Positions 63,862 through 64,000 of a stretch of 64,000 nucleotides of DNA are shown here, one piece after another. The notes beneath the pieces were generated by a model that ran no database searches, was not told where the DNA came from, and was given only the letters and a program-made list of their open reading frames with translations. The DNA lies in the NCBI GenBank assembly GCA_950097015.1, contig CATNEN010000031.1, positions 2,170,001 through 2,234,000 of the forward strand. The letters run 5' to 3'. The position numbers and the translations under genes were made by a program. Position 1 is the stretch's first letter, and each line of letters begins with the position of its first letter. The DNA is from Macrostomum hystrix. Taxonomy: Eukaryota; Animalia; Platyhelminthes.

Positions 63862-64000
63862 CACACCGAGGTCCCTGAGCTAGATTCCGCGGTGAGACCA
63901 CATTTATTTTGGAGCAGCCGCGGAGAGAAGGCTTTGGGGGCTCGTCGTGCAATTTACGCCCTTGAGGGCCAACCTTCATGGCACAGTGAAAGTGTACTCT
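63862..64000 (+). mobile_element. SINE family B, 5'-truncated, runs off the window
   Basis: ccacattt...gcagccgcggagagaaggc...gcaatttacgcccttgagggccaacc...ggcacagtgaaagtgtac. Confidence 0.85.

Overview
Animal genomic DNA with GT-AG introns, GC-rich exons, AT-rich spacers and a different minisatellite in most long introns. The style resembles a free-living flatworm such as Macrostomum; that is an inference. Host genes reconstructed by hand from splice sites: a 5-exon polypeptide GalNAc-transferase (+), calmodulin (-), a divergent YY1/Pho-like zinc-finger gene (-), a TATA-driven 67-aa RVxF microprotein (+), a 3-exon secreted granin/prohormone-like precursor (-), an intronless divergent PP1-like phosphatase (+), a 2-exon rhodopsin-class peptide GPCR (+), and the last two exons of an unknown Gln-rich gene (-). 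Mobile DNA: one intact ~6.05 kb non-LTR retrotransposon (ORF1 plus APE-RT-RNaseH-CCHC, Loa/R1-like, with TSD), two defective copies, a diverged 3' end, and two tRNA-derived SINE families. Best finding: a complete HDV-like self-cleaving ribozyme fold whose predicted cleavage site (G49909) coincides with the 5' boundary of the intact element. It has an unusual AC/GU P1.1 and a 160-nt J1/2, and a strong 3' splice site lies 6 nt before the ORF1 AUG. All coordinates and pairings were read by eye; nothing was searched or computed.
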